This document shows, one piece after another, positions 21,904 through 36,116 of a stretch of DNA of 64,000 nt (position 1 is its first letter; each line of letters begins with the position of its first letter). Below the pieces are notes generated by a model. That model searched no databases. It saw only the letters and a list, made by a program, of their open reading frames with translations, and was not told the DNA's origin. Made by a program: the position numbers and the translations under genes. The stretch is taken from NCBI RefSeq assembly GCF_018977255.1, contig NW_024704743.1:77686001-77750000 (forward strand). Reading direction: 5' to 3'. Origin of the DNA: Callorhinchus milii. Its lineage: Eukaryota.

Positions 21904-24144
21904 CTTTCTGCACATAGGTTGGCCGTTCTGTCAATTGTATCTCTGCTATATCACTGCTATCTGTTTTTCTAAATCCACTCTTTTTTGTAAAAATCCCACT
22001 TCCCAATTCATTCCGCATATTAAATCACTTTCTGTGTCAGTGGCATGGAAACACATTGCAGGCAAAATTAAATTCTGCGTAAAAACCTATGCCACGCATA
22101 ATCCAAACTAACATGGTAGTGTTAAAACTGGAATTGAGTTTCAATGCAGAAAAACAGCAGCACTGTAGCAAGTTAGCACAGGTAGTGAGGGGCTGATGCA
22201 CAGGCATTATATCAGCCTTCATTTTTACTCTGCTGGTTTCTTTTTGTTTTTTTAACTTATTTCCTCCCTTGGGTCTCACCAGGTGATCTGTTGCCAGCCC
22301 TGCACTATAGCTGATCTTTGGGCAGATGCCAGGAGGCTCTTGAGTTTGGCTTGGCCATGACTGCCCCCTCCCTCCCACTGTGAGGAAAGCTTTGCCTCCA
22401 TTTGATACCCCCTCACTCAGGGCAGCTGCCATCAGTTTGGGGATCAGCATCAGTGGAGTCGGGAATCAAAACTGCATTGAAGTTGCGCTGTATAAGGAAA
22501 TGACTACACATGACATTATTGTTGAACTTATTAGTGCTATACAAATACAAGATCCATCTTTTTTTTCTATAGCTTTTGCTCCACAGCAGATTGTGCTCTT
22601 GCTCAATGCCTGGCCTGAATGTTCATCAGTTTTGTTACATTTGTCAGTCTTGCATGACAAACAATTCAGCTTAGTTATTAGCAATTACAAAGGTCGGGAG
22701 AGGAGACATGTTAAATGAACAAAAAGTTCATAATTTTGAAGTATCTGGCATTGCACATGTCATTTAAAAGATAAATCTGCCCAAAGTTGTTTATTTTGTA
22801 ACTTGAAATGGTGGCATAAAGACGGTAAACTAAAGACAAAATCTATTGACAAGAAATCAGTAGGGTTGGCATTCTTCTCATTAATAAATACTGGAGCAAA
22901 GTGTAAAAAAGTTTGTTCTGTTTTTATATTTAACTAGATGAATTTTGAAAAGGGGTAATTATTTACATACAGGCCAAGCTTATTTAGATGCCATTGCTAG
23001 GTGCATGTTCATGTTGGTACATTTGTCAATTCAATATTTTAGGTTCAGGACCCTTCTCCCCTCCTTATTATAATCATTTCCAATTATCACTCAATCTTGG
23101 CCCTTTTCTTAGATTCTCTGTCAGTTCCTCACACCATTGCAAGTCTCCATGAGGTTGGGCAAATATGGAGGAGGCAAAACAATTGTGTTTCACTGCTACG
23201 TTCCCAGAGCCTGCATATGGGAGAATTTACAACTTTACATCATAAAAACTATAACAGCGCCCTCTTTAGGATATTTATAGTGATCACCACCACAGGCAAA
23301 TCCCTTCTGCGTGTAGCAAAACTAGAGTGGAGTGAATGCAGTTTTAAATTGTGAATGCTTCAGTGAATTATCCTCCTCCCTTCCCAAGAAAGTCTAACCA
23401 ATCGAGATAAACTTGGCTAACACCTTGATACGTACTTCAACAGAGGAAACGTCAAAGTGGAACCAGGCCCTAATAGAGTAGATTTGTGACATTTACAGAC
23501 TTGTGATCTGAACCGTTTCCATGCTGACGACTGTGCTTGTCATCTTCTAAAATTGGTCTGATTTATTCATGCAGTGGTTTTATGGACTTTAAGCCCTACA
23601 TGTGAAGGCTTAGCCTTACAGGAATGTGGAAACACATTCATTGAAGCTGATGTAATTCTGCGGGATGATTTGTACTTCTCTTCTAAGACTCCCGTAATCC
23701 TTAAATAAAGGATACTGTGGCTGAAATGCAGTTTACATCAACAGTCTTATAAATAGGAGAAGTGGGTGACAATACAGTTTTACTCCCTGGCAAACCATGC
23801 AACCATACTCTCCCATAGCCATATATATACCCACACACACTTACAACCCACCCACCCACACAGGCATCCACACACATACACAGTATTTCTATTTCCAGTA
23901 GTGTTTATGCAGGCTTAATATTGCAATTATTTACTGTTGCTCTAATTAATAAACGTTAAGAAGTTGTAAAAAAACAAGCAAATCAAACAAAAATCCAAAA
24001 TTCAATGATAAGTGTGTTATCCAAAAAGTAAATCTGAAGATTGTTCTAAAGATACACGGAGCAACTTTGTTGATCCGCTCCGGTTAGACAGAAATATATC
24101 AATCCTCAATTGTAATATCTTTATGTGGAGTCACTTTCCCAACA

Positions 24145-24685
24145 ACTCACAGTTTAGGCTGACACTCCAATACAGTGCTAGGGGTGTGCCGTACTGTTAA
24201 AGTTGCCATTCTTTGGATGAGACATTAAACTGAGGCTGTGGCACTATTCAAAAAGAAAAGATGTTCTTTCAGTCTCCCGACGGACAATCCCCCAGGTAAA
24301 ATTGATCATTCGATTCATGGGTATTTTTGTGGGACATTAATAGATAATTATTTGTAGAGGATACGTTTGCAGGGGTATGGGGAGGAATGGGATTGATTTG
24401 GGTAGCTCTTTTCAAAGAGCCGGCACAGACACGATGGGCCGAATGGCCTCCTTCTGCTCTGTATAATTCTATGATTCTATGATTGTTGTTTGCAAACTGG
24501 TTGTCATGTTCGACCACAACAACATCAACAACTTGCATTTATATACAGGCCTTCACATGGTGCAGCATCACAGAGAGCTTAAACAAAAAACACTTTATAT
24601 CATATCCTGTGAAGCACTCTGAGACAATTAAATCGTATGCTTTGAGATGTCCTCCCAAAAGCTGCTACATCAAGTACAATTATTA
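24145..24685 (+). mobile_element. Old Deu-SINE with nested CR1 tail (24355-24484) and L2 tail
   Basis: ggctgacactccaatacagtgct...gatgagacattaaactgagg; the insert ends gggccgaatggcctccttctgctctgtataa(ttctatga)x2. Confidence 0.75.
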
Positions 24686-25779
24686 TTTATGCGTGGGGGA
24701 GGAGAGGGTGGAGGGTGTTGATCTTTCTGGAAATTCCATTAAAATATTGGCAAAGGTGGCACTTTTATAGGGCCGACAGTATCCACGTAAATTTGCTTTT
24801 GGCTAGTGACCTTCCCATTGGTTCAAGGCACGAGCGCGCTCCAAGATACTACCCGAGTGAATAAATGCAAGTTGTTGTTGTTGTTCACGCAGAGAAGCCT
24901 CTTGGAAAGCTTGAAAGAAGAAAGAAAAATCAACAAGTAAAACAACAAAAAAGCAAGCAAAGAGGGGAGAGGAGGGGAAATGCACGGCATAAAGATGAAC
25001 TAAAATGTTACATGAGCAGAGAAATGGGTTAAAAACATTGGACAGGTGGACATTAAACCCTGCTCTTATACTGAAAGCCAAAAACTAAATGCCATTTTCT
25101 GATCAATAACCCAAGATAATTTATTGCTGGCAGTAAGTTAAGATGTCAGTGATAGACAAGTTGTAATTATGTAAATTATGCCCATTAACAACTGGAAATT
25201 AGCCTTGTGACCTTTGCAAATGAATGTTCCTTATAGCACTCTGGCAGTAATGGGCACAAAACTGTAATTGCATCCAGGGCCACAGAAAAGACACATTTGG
25301 TGAACCTGAGCTACACAAAGAGATTTAAAATGGGAGGAAAGTGTCTTATGTTGATTTTATTCATGTAATCATTTATTTATTGATGGGACTTTTTCCCTCT
25401 CCTTCAACGAACTCTTTATGCCTTCCTCCGAGCCTGTACAATAAGCAAAGAAATCTTGCGTTTTCCTCCAGCGCATTGAACCAACGTCTCTCTGCCAAAA
25501 GGTCAGGAAGAGATGTAAGTACCAGATCCTACATCAGGAATGACACCGTGATCTATCTATTTGCCAAAGGCCAAACCACGATCTTTACATCGGATCAACT
25601 TCCGTAATCAAGTTCAGAAATTATACTTCATCTTAGCTAAAAGTGCAAGCGAGAATCTAATGCTTAGTTTTTACCTCACACATTCCATAAGAATGGTACA
25701 GTACAAAGTGGGGTCAGTTGGTGAATTATGGAGGAGCCCCACTGCTGAGACCACTTGATAAGCTCACCATAGAGGTTTG

Positions 25780-26395
25780 AATGAATAGGTTCAGCCCATA
25801 TGTTCTCATCCTTCCAGAATACCCATGCTATCATTCTTCTCATACCAGCATCAACCCATGCTAAAGAAATACTTTCTGGTGTCTATCTTGAAACTCCCTT
25901 TGCAACTCATAACATGTCTTGTTTAGCTCTCTCGGTACATCTGAAAACATTGCTCACAGTTTACTTTCTCAATTCCATTTAATATTTTATACAACTCTGT
26001 AAGATACCCACTGATATGTTTCTTTTCAGCACTGAAGAATCCTAGCTTGTTAAATCGTTGCTCATAGCTCATTCCTCTAACACTGGAATCATCATTGTTG
26101 CTCTCCTTTGCACTACCTCTAGGGCCTTGATACTCCATTATGTCTTAGCAACCAAAATTGTGTGCAATATTTCAGGAGTGGCCTGACTAGAGCTCTGTGC
26201 AACTTGAGTATGACTTCTGGAGAGATTAAATCAATTGATTTAGTAATATAGCCCACCATTCTGTTTGCCTTCTTCACACTGTGTTGACATAGTGAGTGAC
26301 AAGTCAACCGATGCCCTAGATCTCTTTTAGCTTCCTCCTAAACAACTTCTATCCCATCCATGGAGCACTTTCATCTTCTATTCCTACTTCCTTAC
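25780..26395 (-). mobile_element. Decayed CR1 ORF2 3' fragment
   Basis: Minus ORFs: KKANRMVGYI...EVILKLHRALVRPLLKYCTQFW and GMSYEQRFNKLGFFS.EK...G.LTELYKILNG. Confidence 0.85.
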
Positions 26396-26689
26396 TTGTA
26401 TTGATCTGTGCAACAAGGTGCTGCACACTTAAAGCATTGAAAAAGCACGGGCTAGAATGGTGATAGCACTAACAGTCTCCAAAGTATGAAGGAATGACAA
26501 AATCATAAAATCCTTAGAAAGAAGTGCAGAACAGAGATGATTAATAAGAAGTTGTAACACAGAAAGAGAAAAAAGTGGCCAAGTTGATAATGATAATATG
26601 TATTTGCACTTCATATAATACTGTTCAAAATGAGTTGCTTGGTTTATATGTAAGGATTTCTCTTTGAATGCTTATCCAATTTCTTCTTA

Positions 26690-27170
26690 AATGTTATGGT
26701 CTCAGCCTCAAGAGCTACCTGTGGTACAGACTTGGAACCCTCTTTGTAAAAATAAATTTGCCTAACCTCCCCTTACCTCTTCCAGTGGCATTTCATCTAC
26801 CTTCATTTGATACACCTCAATTAAATCTGTATCTATGGGTTTCTGGGACAGTGCATTATATATTCTCATAATACTTTATGTGAAGAAATATATTCTGAAT
26901 TCACTTTTAACAATTGTAGCTCTAAACTATAATGATGTTCCCCTATCGTGGTGCTGAGGGCCTTTGGATATTCTTAGAGACATTCCATGTTATCACATCA
27001 CACACCACATTTCCCCACTTGGTTTTCTGGAATAACAAGCTGACTCTCTTGTACTTATTCGAAACTCCACCTAAAACAATCCTGGGAGACCAGCAAAATG
27101 CTTTATGTACAACATTGATTTTCAATCAGCTCAAATCAATCTAAATTGTGTTTCCCCCTCATACATGGAT
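26690..27170 (-). mobile_element. Very decayed CR1 3' fragment
   Basis: Minus ORF INVVHKAFCWSPRIVLGGVSNKYKRVSLLFQK resembles CR1 LNIVKKANRMLG...YKS; actttatgtgaagaaata corresponds to FFTQRV. Confidence 0.4.
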
Positions 27171-27849
27171 CAGGCAGAGATGATTTCAGCTTTTTTTTTA
27201 GTGAGTGGAGGTTTGTTATTGACAGGTTGAACATAAACCCATTTTTGTACATGTAAATAAAGATAAATTGATTCTTCGAGGATTCCAATATCACCACCCG
27301 GAAAGTGAATCAGTTCCTGTTTGCAATAGCATAATATCCAGTACAGCATATATTGTGTTGGATTCTATTATAATAATATTTTTTACAATAGATATAGCAT
27401 CTTTCACATCAGGAAGATATCCCAAAATGCTTCATAGGATATACTGTAAAATGAAGTGACTGCGTGTTTTTTGTGGGCAAACCTATTGTGATGACTGTGC
27501 AACAAAATTAGCTTTGGTCACTTGTTGATTCAAACGCAGGGGTTTGTGTAGAGTTATTCCTGCTCATACTAAGGTTAGATGGTACTTTTGTCTTCAGGTT
27601 ACTGCTGTTCAAATGTTAAAGTGGCATAACTGCTTAATCTTTGATCTGAGTGAGGGATTATCAAATGCAGCAGTTTTAAGCAACCGACTGGTGCAGTAAC
27701 AAAGCCAGTCTGTTTGCAACTGACTGGAAGGAAGTGATTCTTACCTGTTATTTATTGTTGGGTTCTCTCAAATGATCTGTCTGAGATGAAGAGATGAGCA
27801 TTTTTCCACAAAATGGGAAGGGGAAAATTGGAAAGCAAGAAATCGTAAT

Positions 27850-28211
27850 TAATAATAATAATAATAATCCTTGCATTTGATATAGCACCTTACCAAGTCT
27901 TTGTGATGTCTCAAAGTGCTTCACAGAATATACTGTAAAGTGAATTGACTTTATATTTTGTGGGCGAAATGGGGCAGCCAATTGTGCACAGCAGTGTCCC
28001 ACAAATGGTCGTGGATTGAATGAGCAGATTATTATTATTATTTTTGTTTTGCAAGGGATTATTACCCCTGGAAAATCGATCCATCAATCTGAGTTCCTAT
28101 GTACTGCTAGGTGAACAGAGGTGCATGGAGTAAGGAAACTTGGCCAAAGTTTCACTCTGCCAGGTCCTCTTGCTTGTGAGGCGAGTGCTCTAACCACTGA
28201 GCTACAGGACT
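27850..28211 (-). mobile_element. tRNA-Ala-derived SINE, long subtype
   Basis: (AAT)n tail at 27850; head ends gctacaggact at 28211. Confidence 0.9.
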
Positions 28212-28714
28212 ACTAGATCAGGCACTTACAAACATCTTCTCTCCTCCCACTCCCCCCTCCCCCTTAGGAGTTTTCCAGTTTTCCATAATTCCACAGAGGC
28301 ATTGGAATAGGCCAAATGCCTTTCCCTTTTTTGCCTGGGAATGATATACAGCTTGGATGAATTTGTTTGCTCAGAGTTCATTGTTGTTGTTGTTAATCAC
28401 TGGAACAGGTTGTCAGGGAGGACAAATTAGACATAGTATCCTTTTTATGTGTTGAATTTCTGAAACTGTTTAACAAACATTATGTTGTTTCAGGTAAATA
28501 TCCCATACAAGTATCATTATGATCCATCCAAGCATTTGATGTTTTAAAGCTCTTTCCACTGAATAAAAGCTTACATTGTGTAATGTCCTTCACATATAAT
28601 AAAAGTCTGAGGGATTTTAATAAATAATAATGGGAAGCACTGAACAGGGAGCAAGAGTGGCAGGATGGATGTTCGCAAAAAGGATGGTGGAACATATATT
28701 TTTATAGATTTTTT

Positions 28715-29350
28715 AAAAGCAGGAATGAGACCAAGACATTTTAGAGGAGAGTTTGAAAGGGGAAGGGCATAGCTGTTCAATGCTTGGCCTCTAATGATGA
28801 GTGGGTTGGAGGGAGTGAAGACTGTGCAATTAGTATCAAAGGAGTGGAGGGTACAACAACAATTTGCATTTATATGGTAGCATAGCATAGCATCTTGAAG
28901 CACTGTTCAGTGATGAGTTTGGGAGCCAAACAAGGGAGAAGGAGGACAGAGAGGTGACCATAGGCTTGGTCAAAGAGATAGGCTTTCAGTTGGGATTTAA
29001 GGATAGATAAAACTGGGGCAAGGCAGAGGGATAGAAGAGAAAAGAGTTAGAAGAGCTTGGGTAGATAGGGAGGGACAGGATTGTGAATTGGCTTGAAGGT
29101 CAAACAAGGGACTTTATAAGTCAATCTGTTGAGATACCGGGAGCCAGTAGAACCGAGCAAGGATTGGAATAATGAGGGTGTGAATGAAAACTCAAGGTTG
29201 AATTTGAACTTGTGGAAGATGGAGCTGGCAAGAAAATAAATGGAGAAGTCTATCTCAGGATGACAAAGGCAGGAATGAAGATTTCAGCAGCAGAGAAGTT
29301 GAAGTTAGGGCGTAAGTGGGTAACGTTCCACAATTGGAAAATGGCAAAGC
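28715..29350 (-). mobile_element. Decayed L2 fragments
   Basis: Tail acaacaacaatttgcatttatatggtagc (28853); ccgggagccagtag and gacaaaggcaggaatgaagatttcagcagcag are antisense L2 ORF2 motifs. Confidence 0.65.
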
Positions 29351-29383
29351 CATGTGGGCAGTTGGGGGTAGGGTGGTGTGTGT

Positions 29384-29406
29384 GGGGGGGGGGGGGGGGG
29401 GGGGGG
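29384..29406 (+). repeat. Poly-G run (23 G)
   Basis: Direct read. Confidence 0.9.
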
Positions 29407-31377
29407 ATCGGGAGGGGATTAGATGAAGCATAATGCCAATATTGAGTACTGACTGATTAAACCTGAGCAGAGAGGTTGACTCCTGTTGCATGAAATTCCC
29501 ATTTCTTCTATCTAGAATCTTGATCTGTGCTTTCCCCAAATCATCCATTTTTTAATTTTCGCTCACTCCAAACAATCAATCTGCTGTTGGGATTCCCCGA
29601 ACACCAACACAGTCTTTCAAAATGTTTAATCCCATTTATGCTAAACAAATTTGTTTTTCTTGGTAAGTATTCTCGGTTACCAGTTGTTTTGTTTAGATTG
29701 AATAGCTGGATAAATGATCCACTAATTGGTTATTCCTGTCTGCAGATTATATAGCTCACAATCCAGAGATACAGACCCAAGTCTATCATTTCTTGACAAA
29801 ATACAGTCATTATGTATAGTTATTAAGTTTATTTAGTTAGTAGTTATCAAGATTTAGGTAGACTTAAAAAGTTACAGATGAATAAGGCAACGACCAAACG
29901 ATTTGTTTTGTTTAAAGCAGATAAGCTGTGCCCAAATTGAGCAGTCTTGAGGGCATACAGGCTTGTGAATGTGAGAGAAGGAATCATATCAAATACAGTT
30001 TCAAACCAATTTCCCTTATAGCGTAACTAATTTAGTCTTTTATTTGCATCAACAAAATCATTATGTCAAAATAAAAGAGGATACAAAGCAAAAACTGAAA
30101 TGTGCGAGTGTAGGATGCGAGTGAAAGTCATAAGTGGTTGTATGAAGAGTAATAAGAGATGTGCCAGTTATGATGGCTCTGGTGATTCCTCAGAGCACTG
30201 GGTGTCAGTGCTGGAAGAAATTCAATCAGTTCATCTAATGCTCTGCATTTACTGACAACATATGATACATATGAAAAAGATACATATGAATCAGGAGCTC
30301 TAGCACGCCAGGAGGAAAAGTGTCAGCTGTATTTCGCAGGACTCTATGAATGCTTAGCACAGTAGACAAGCTCTCTGATCTGCCAGGAGTTTCTTTCCAT
30401 CGAATAATAAAAAAAGTAAATATTCATGTTAAAAAAATTCATCTTTCTCTAGTCACAAGCTGGTCTTAAAAACAAATTTTCCAATGCCTTTCCAAGTTAC
30501 TCCCTGGCTCAATTCAAAACAGCCACAGGACTCATTAGATGAGCTTCCTATTGACAACTTCAGGTTAAGTGTATTTTTCTTATAGAGTTAAAACCACAAG
30601 GATCTTATACCAAGGAAATTAGAGTTGGTTCATGTTGCGCTCCCTCATCAGTAGCAAAGGATTGGTACTGGTATATTTTTTCTCCATGTGGACTATCCAA
30701 TCTAAACCCATTCTTTTGCTTACTCCCCATACCCTCAAATGTTCTTTTTCAATCATCTAACACTACCCATTTTAAAAGAAGTTATGAACTCTGCTTCAAT
30801 AACAAATACGACAATCGTACTAGATTTTACCAAACTAATCTGTTAAAATAAATTCCAAAAAGATTCATTGCCCATCAAACCAAGGTGCTCGCTCTGTCCT
30901 TTATACTTAGTTAGGTAGTTTTTTTCACACACCAATTGCTTCTCATTGGATTACACCAATTTAATCCTGAAAAAAAGCTTGTTGATTATTTTTTCTGGGT
31001 AAACTAAAATCACGTGTCAGCTGCGGTTTAATGAAAGATGAAAGATGGGGAGACTTTCCTAGTTGGGGGAAATTGGACAGCCATAAGGACCGAGACACCA
31101 AAATCAAAACCATACTTTCAGTATGAAAGGAATGGTCTCCATCTGGTTGGAGCAACAAGCTGAAAATCAGCTCCAAAGTCAGCTCTGAACACCATGATTC
31201 ACAGAGATGATTTCCTGAAATTCCAAACCAGGTCATGAAAAGTTCCATCAAAGTGAAACCCATTCACCTGAACCAAAACCAAATAGAAATACATTCCAAA
31301 ATCTCCTTCAAAAGCTTGACGACGATAAACCTGGCTGAATCTCCTGGGATCTTTATGATAAAAAGGAAACCAGGGTG

Positions 31378-31995
31378 GGTGTCAGCTGGCTCAGTTGGTA
31401 GTGATCTCATCTTTCAGTCAGAACATTGTGGTTCAAGCCCATGTTAGGGTCTTTCTGACACTCTGATTCAGTGGTGTGGAAGCGCTACATTATAATAATA
31501 TAATAATCCTTGCATTTGATATAGCGCCTTATCACATCTTCGAGACGTTGCAAAGCACTTCATAGAATATACTGTAAAGTGAATTGACTGTATATTTTGT
31601 GGTTGAAACGCGGCAGCCAATTGCGCACAGCAGTGTCCCACAAGCAGTCGTGGATTGAGTGACCAAATTATTATCTCCAAAAAGCGATATGCCAATCGAA
31701 CAACTGGATTCCTACTTACTGCTAAGTAAACAGAGGTGTCACCTGGAATTATCACTCCTGGAAAAGAGATACATCGTTGAAGGTGCCATATTTCAGATGA
31801 GAAGATAAACTGAGGTCCCAGCTGTCTGTGCAGGGGAATGTTAAAGATCTCATGGCACTATCAGATTTTCTCTTGGTGTTTGGCTGCCGCATTCACCTAC
31901 AAAATACACTTACTACAATTCATAATGAATCCTGTGAAGCATTTAAGGTATCCTGCTGATATGAAAGGTGTTATATCAAAATACAAGGATTATTA
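31378..31995 (+). mobile_element. Old Deu-SINE interrupted by an antisense younger SINE (31492-31745)
   Basis: Head tggctcagttggtagt...ggttcaagccc at 31387-31445; resumes aggtgccatatttcagatgag at 31781; the insert is the reverse complement of the long subtype. Confidence 0.82.
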
Positions 31996-32099
31996 TTGAT
32001 ATTATCTTTTTTTTTCCGTCATAGCATTAATCGTCTCATTAATATGCGGAAGTCTCATTAATATGCAAGTTCTTGCTTTCTTTCATATCATTTTTGGGG

Positions 32100-32450
32100 T
32101 TTTGAACTCAAAACTCCTGTCTGACACTTCAATGCAGTGCTGGAGATTTGTGGGAGGTTCCATCCTTTGTATGAGATGTTAAACTGAAGTCCAGTCTGCC
32201 TATTCAGGTTAAGGATCTCAAGGCACTATTTGAAAAAAGAAGAATTTCTCTTGGTCTCCTGGTCAACAATCCTTCAATTACAATTGGTCATTCACTCCAT
32301 GGCTGTTTGTGGGGTGTGAATGTGCGTAAATTGGCTGCCACATTTCACCTACAAAATAGACAGTCGCTATACTTTACAGGGAATCCTGTGAAAGGCTTTG
32401 AAATGTCCTCCTGACATGAAAGGTGAGATATCAAATATAAGAATGTTTTA
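32100..32450 (+). mobile_element. Old Deu-SINE
   Basis: ctgacacttcaatgcagtgct...atgagatgttaaactgaag...gtgcgtaaattggctgcc...gtcctcctgacatgaaagg. Confidence 0.78.
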
Positions 32451-33451
32451 TTTTCAGTTATCAGCTGGATAGAATTTTCAGTGACGCAAAATGTTACACA
32501 TCACATGTCACAAGTTAGATGCTAGGATCAGACCATACACTCACAGTAAGGGTGTGCTCAAGATGTTCATTAGTTTTGTTCTTCATCAGTGATTTAATTT
32601 TGATGTGATTTCTCTGGCTACGTAAAGTACGAAGTACATTTTATGGTAGAACATAACAAGTCATGAATAAAAAAAGCTGTGTGATAAATAGCAACATAAT
32701 GGGAGTCATGAATGAAATATTCACAACCTGGATTCACACAGGGAATCAAGTGTGCTTCACACTAAGCTACACCAACACTGCTGAGACCAGCAGTTACTGG
32801 CTCAAATCAATATTTACGAATTTTGTGTGAATCCAGGTTACAAATGTTGTGGTTTCCCTAATGGTGCAGTTTGCATCAAACTATAAGATCGTGTAGCTTA
32901 AATTACAAAGTTCAGGATGCTGAAGATACTTTGGATAATGTTATGCATTATTTCTTGAAAGCACCCTTCATGATGAAGCATTGTTGTTGAGGACTGACAG
33001 TTGCAAATATTGAATCTTCTGTGTCACTTTTACTGTAACAAGATCTTCCAAACTGTTCTCACAATTTGGGTGTGCCTGTCTGAACATCCTGCACTTTCTC
33101 AGCTTTCATAATAAAGTCTTTTATAAAGAATTTAACCATCTGAGTAATTGGATTTTCTCAGTATCTTTAATCATGCCTTTCCCCACAGGACATAAATTAT
33201 TACAGCTTTTGGCCAAATATTCTTAGTTTTGATTTTTTTGTGTCAATTTGTTGCCATGCAGAAGATAAGATCATAAGACGAAGTTCCCATGAAAAAGGCC
33301 TTTGATCTCATCCTTCCAGAATACCAACCTTTATCATCATCACATTATAGCAACAAGCTGTTTCTTAAATGAGTCTGGTGTCCTGGCCTCAACTACACTT
33401 CCATTCCACATAAATGAGCAACCATTCCAGCTGGCTATTACGCTTTTATAA

Positions 33452-33600
33452 ATAATAATAATAATCCTTGCATTTTGTATAGTGCCTTATCACGTCGATG
33501 AAATATCTTAAAGCACTTCACAGAATATATTATAAAGTTTAGTTTGTGTGTAAAAACCCGGCAGTGTCCCACAAACTGTTGTGGATTGAATGACCACATT
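33452..33600 (-). mobile_element. SINE 3' fragment
   Basis: (AAT)n ccttgcattttgtatagtgcc...gtcccacaaac. Confidence 0.75.
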
Positions 33601-36116
33601 TTTTTTGGACATAGTTTAAGATGACACTCCAATGCAGCCCGAGGAAGAGAGCTGCATTGTCACAAGCGCTGTTCTTTAGATAAGAAGTTAAAGAAATGCT
33701 TCAAGGTGTCTGCCAAAAATTGTTTTTCACAATCCCAAATCTATACCTTCTTGTCCTGCTGCCTTGGCAGATCTGAAAGTATTCTTCTGGATTTACTTTG
33801 TTATACCCATAGATCACTCAATGAGGGTAACAATCCAGCAACATAATGCTGTCAAAATCAGTATGGTGACTCCAAGGATCATACTGTTCTTCATGTTATT
33901 CATCTTAGAATTCAATAAAAAACTGCTACCACTTGAAGAGATAGCAGATTTCACCGCAATTTGATGTAGCTTTCCTCAAGAGAAACATTCAGCCATTCAG
34001 ACAACGCACAATACAATCACTATAAAATAAATCAGTCACTGCGACTAGTCTGATGGAAATTGTAATCCCAGCGCCCATTCTGAAGAATCTATGAACACCT
34101 GTATCTTATGGGAAAGGCGAAACAATGATAATAAAGTGTATCTGGGCATGAAAATTTAGTACATAAAGGAGCAAGTAGGTGGAGTTATCAAAATGGATAT
34201 GCTGGATCTATTGAGAAGGAATTGAGGCTTTAGAAAAGAGTAACAATAAAAGACATAACAATAACTGGAATCCACTGAGAACATATGAATGACGGATAGT
34301 GAGATTAAAATTCCTGACAAGATAGCTATATGCTACCATAATCCTTAAGGTCTTAACAGAATCTATTCCAGTTATTTTTCCCCCATTGACATACAGGGAG
34401 AATTCCAACTTTTTATTTTTATTAGGAATTGGTTTCATTTTGTTGTGTTTTGGTATCCATTCAGCATTTACTGTTATTGCTACACAATTAAATTGTAACC
34501 AATTGTAACAATTGCAGCACAGTAAAAGCTGCTTTAATGCCAATGAATATGACATTGATAGAGTAACTCTTCAGTGAGCAGCAGACCTCTGCATGCTAAC
34601 TTAAGAGTATGCTAACAGAAATATATCTGGAGCACTAGCCAATCTTCCTCAAGAACCACCTCTGGGCACAGCCAGTACCTGGACTGAAGTGTTTGAGGTC
34701 ACACTTAAAACATACATTACAGTCCACAGGCAGTGACCTACACACATCAATAGCTGAAGGCATTACTATAAAGCACGTGACTCGCAACAACAATGATAAT
34801 GTTAAAAAAAAGATCTGCAGCCATATCCCCTCACCAGACTACACTGTAAACATCATTTGATATTAAAGCTGTACTTATTGTCGGTTAATGATGGTATTTA
34901 GTGAATTTGGTTATTGCAGCTTCTATTACTTGCTTTCTCTCGACTGTAGCATACATGTCAGGTATTTTTCTCACTGCAGTATGCTTGATACATTCATTTG
35001 GTAGGTTACCTGCTTAGAATGGAAGAGGGAGGGGCATATATGTTGGACAATAAAATAGTTGTTTCTATTAGCATCCTGATTATTATGGTTTTAAAATGAA
35101 ATAAACGGACCTCTTACAGCTTTGACTGCACCTCTTCAGCTTAGGTGCTCAACCGGCAAAGTAAAGCACTTTGACACATCCTCCCAACACAAGAGGCACT
35201 ATGTAAATTGTATTGTTACCACACTTGATCCACAATAGATTGCCATCAATCAATTGACTTAATTTTAAAGGACTGCCAGTGGGATACATTTATTGGGATG
35301 CATTATTGGATATCTATGCATTATAGTCCTGAAAACACAAGGAGAAACAGCACAGCTTACGTCTTACTTGTTCCCTGTCCTACACAGATGAAGTGACATC
35401 GGAAACCATTGAAAATCAAAATATCTAAGATTTTATTCAATAATAATAGTAATAATATTTGCATTTGATATAGCGGCTTTCACATCAGGAGATTCATAAA
35501 ACATTTCACAGGATATAATGTAAAGTGAAGTGACTGTGCTTTTTGGGTGATTATGGCAGCTTATATGTGAATTATATGTGAATCATACTTCTCATGTATA
35601 ATTGGCAGTTCATTGGTTCAGTTTCAATATGTAGTGGGTAGTTTTCAGACAATCAGAATTTTATTCTCCACTAACTTTTGTGCACTCAGAAAGTGACTTT
35701 AGCATTAATGCCAAGTGCAGAACAAATTCCCATATGTTTAGTATTTAGAAGCTGAGCATATGCTATGTCCATCTGGCATGATCACCACATGGCATTTGAG
35801 GGGCATCCTCATCTTTCCAAAACAGTAAAGCTCCCTCTTTCCTATTAATAAAGGTATAAATATTTTTGATTATGGATTGACTCTCGATGTGTTAAGTATT
35901 CTGAGGCCCAAATGTCTCACTGCCTAAATCTCAAGATCATTGGATGAATATGTAAGAAAATGTAAAAATGTAATTTGGAAGATGGTTTCTGCAGGTTCTT
36001 TTCAAGACCATAAGGAATTTCAAGCCTTAGACTTCTTGCCAAAAAGCCTGCAGGCCTTGGCCAATGTCACCAAGAACATATACAGCTGCTTTGTCCTGCT
36101 CTTAATTTCAATATGT

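Noticed and set aside
29360-29420. G-rich tract and poly-G as a functional G-quadruplex
   Set aside because: Simple low-complexity run next to an L2 relic; homopolymer length is unreliable and nothing indicates function.
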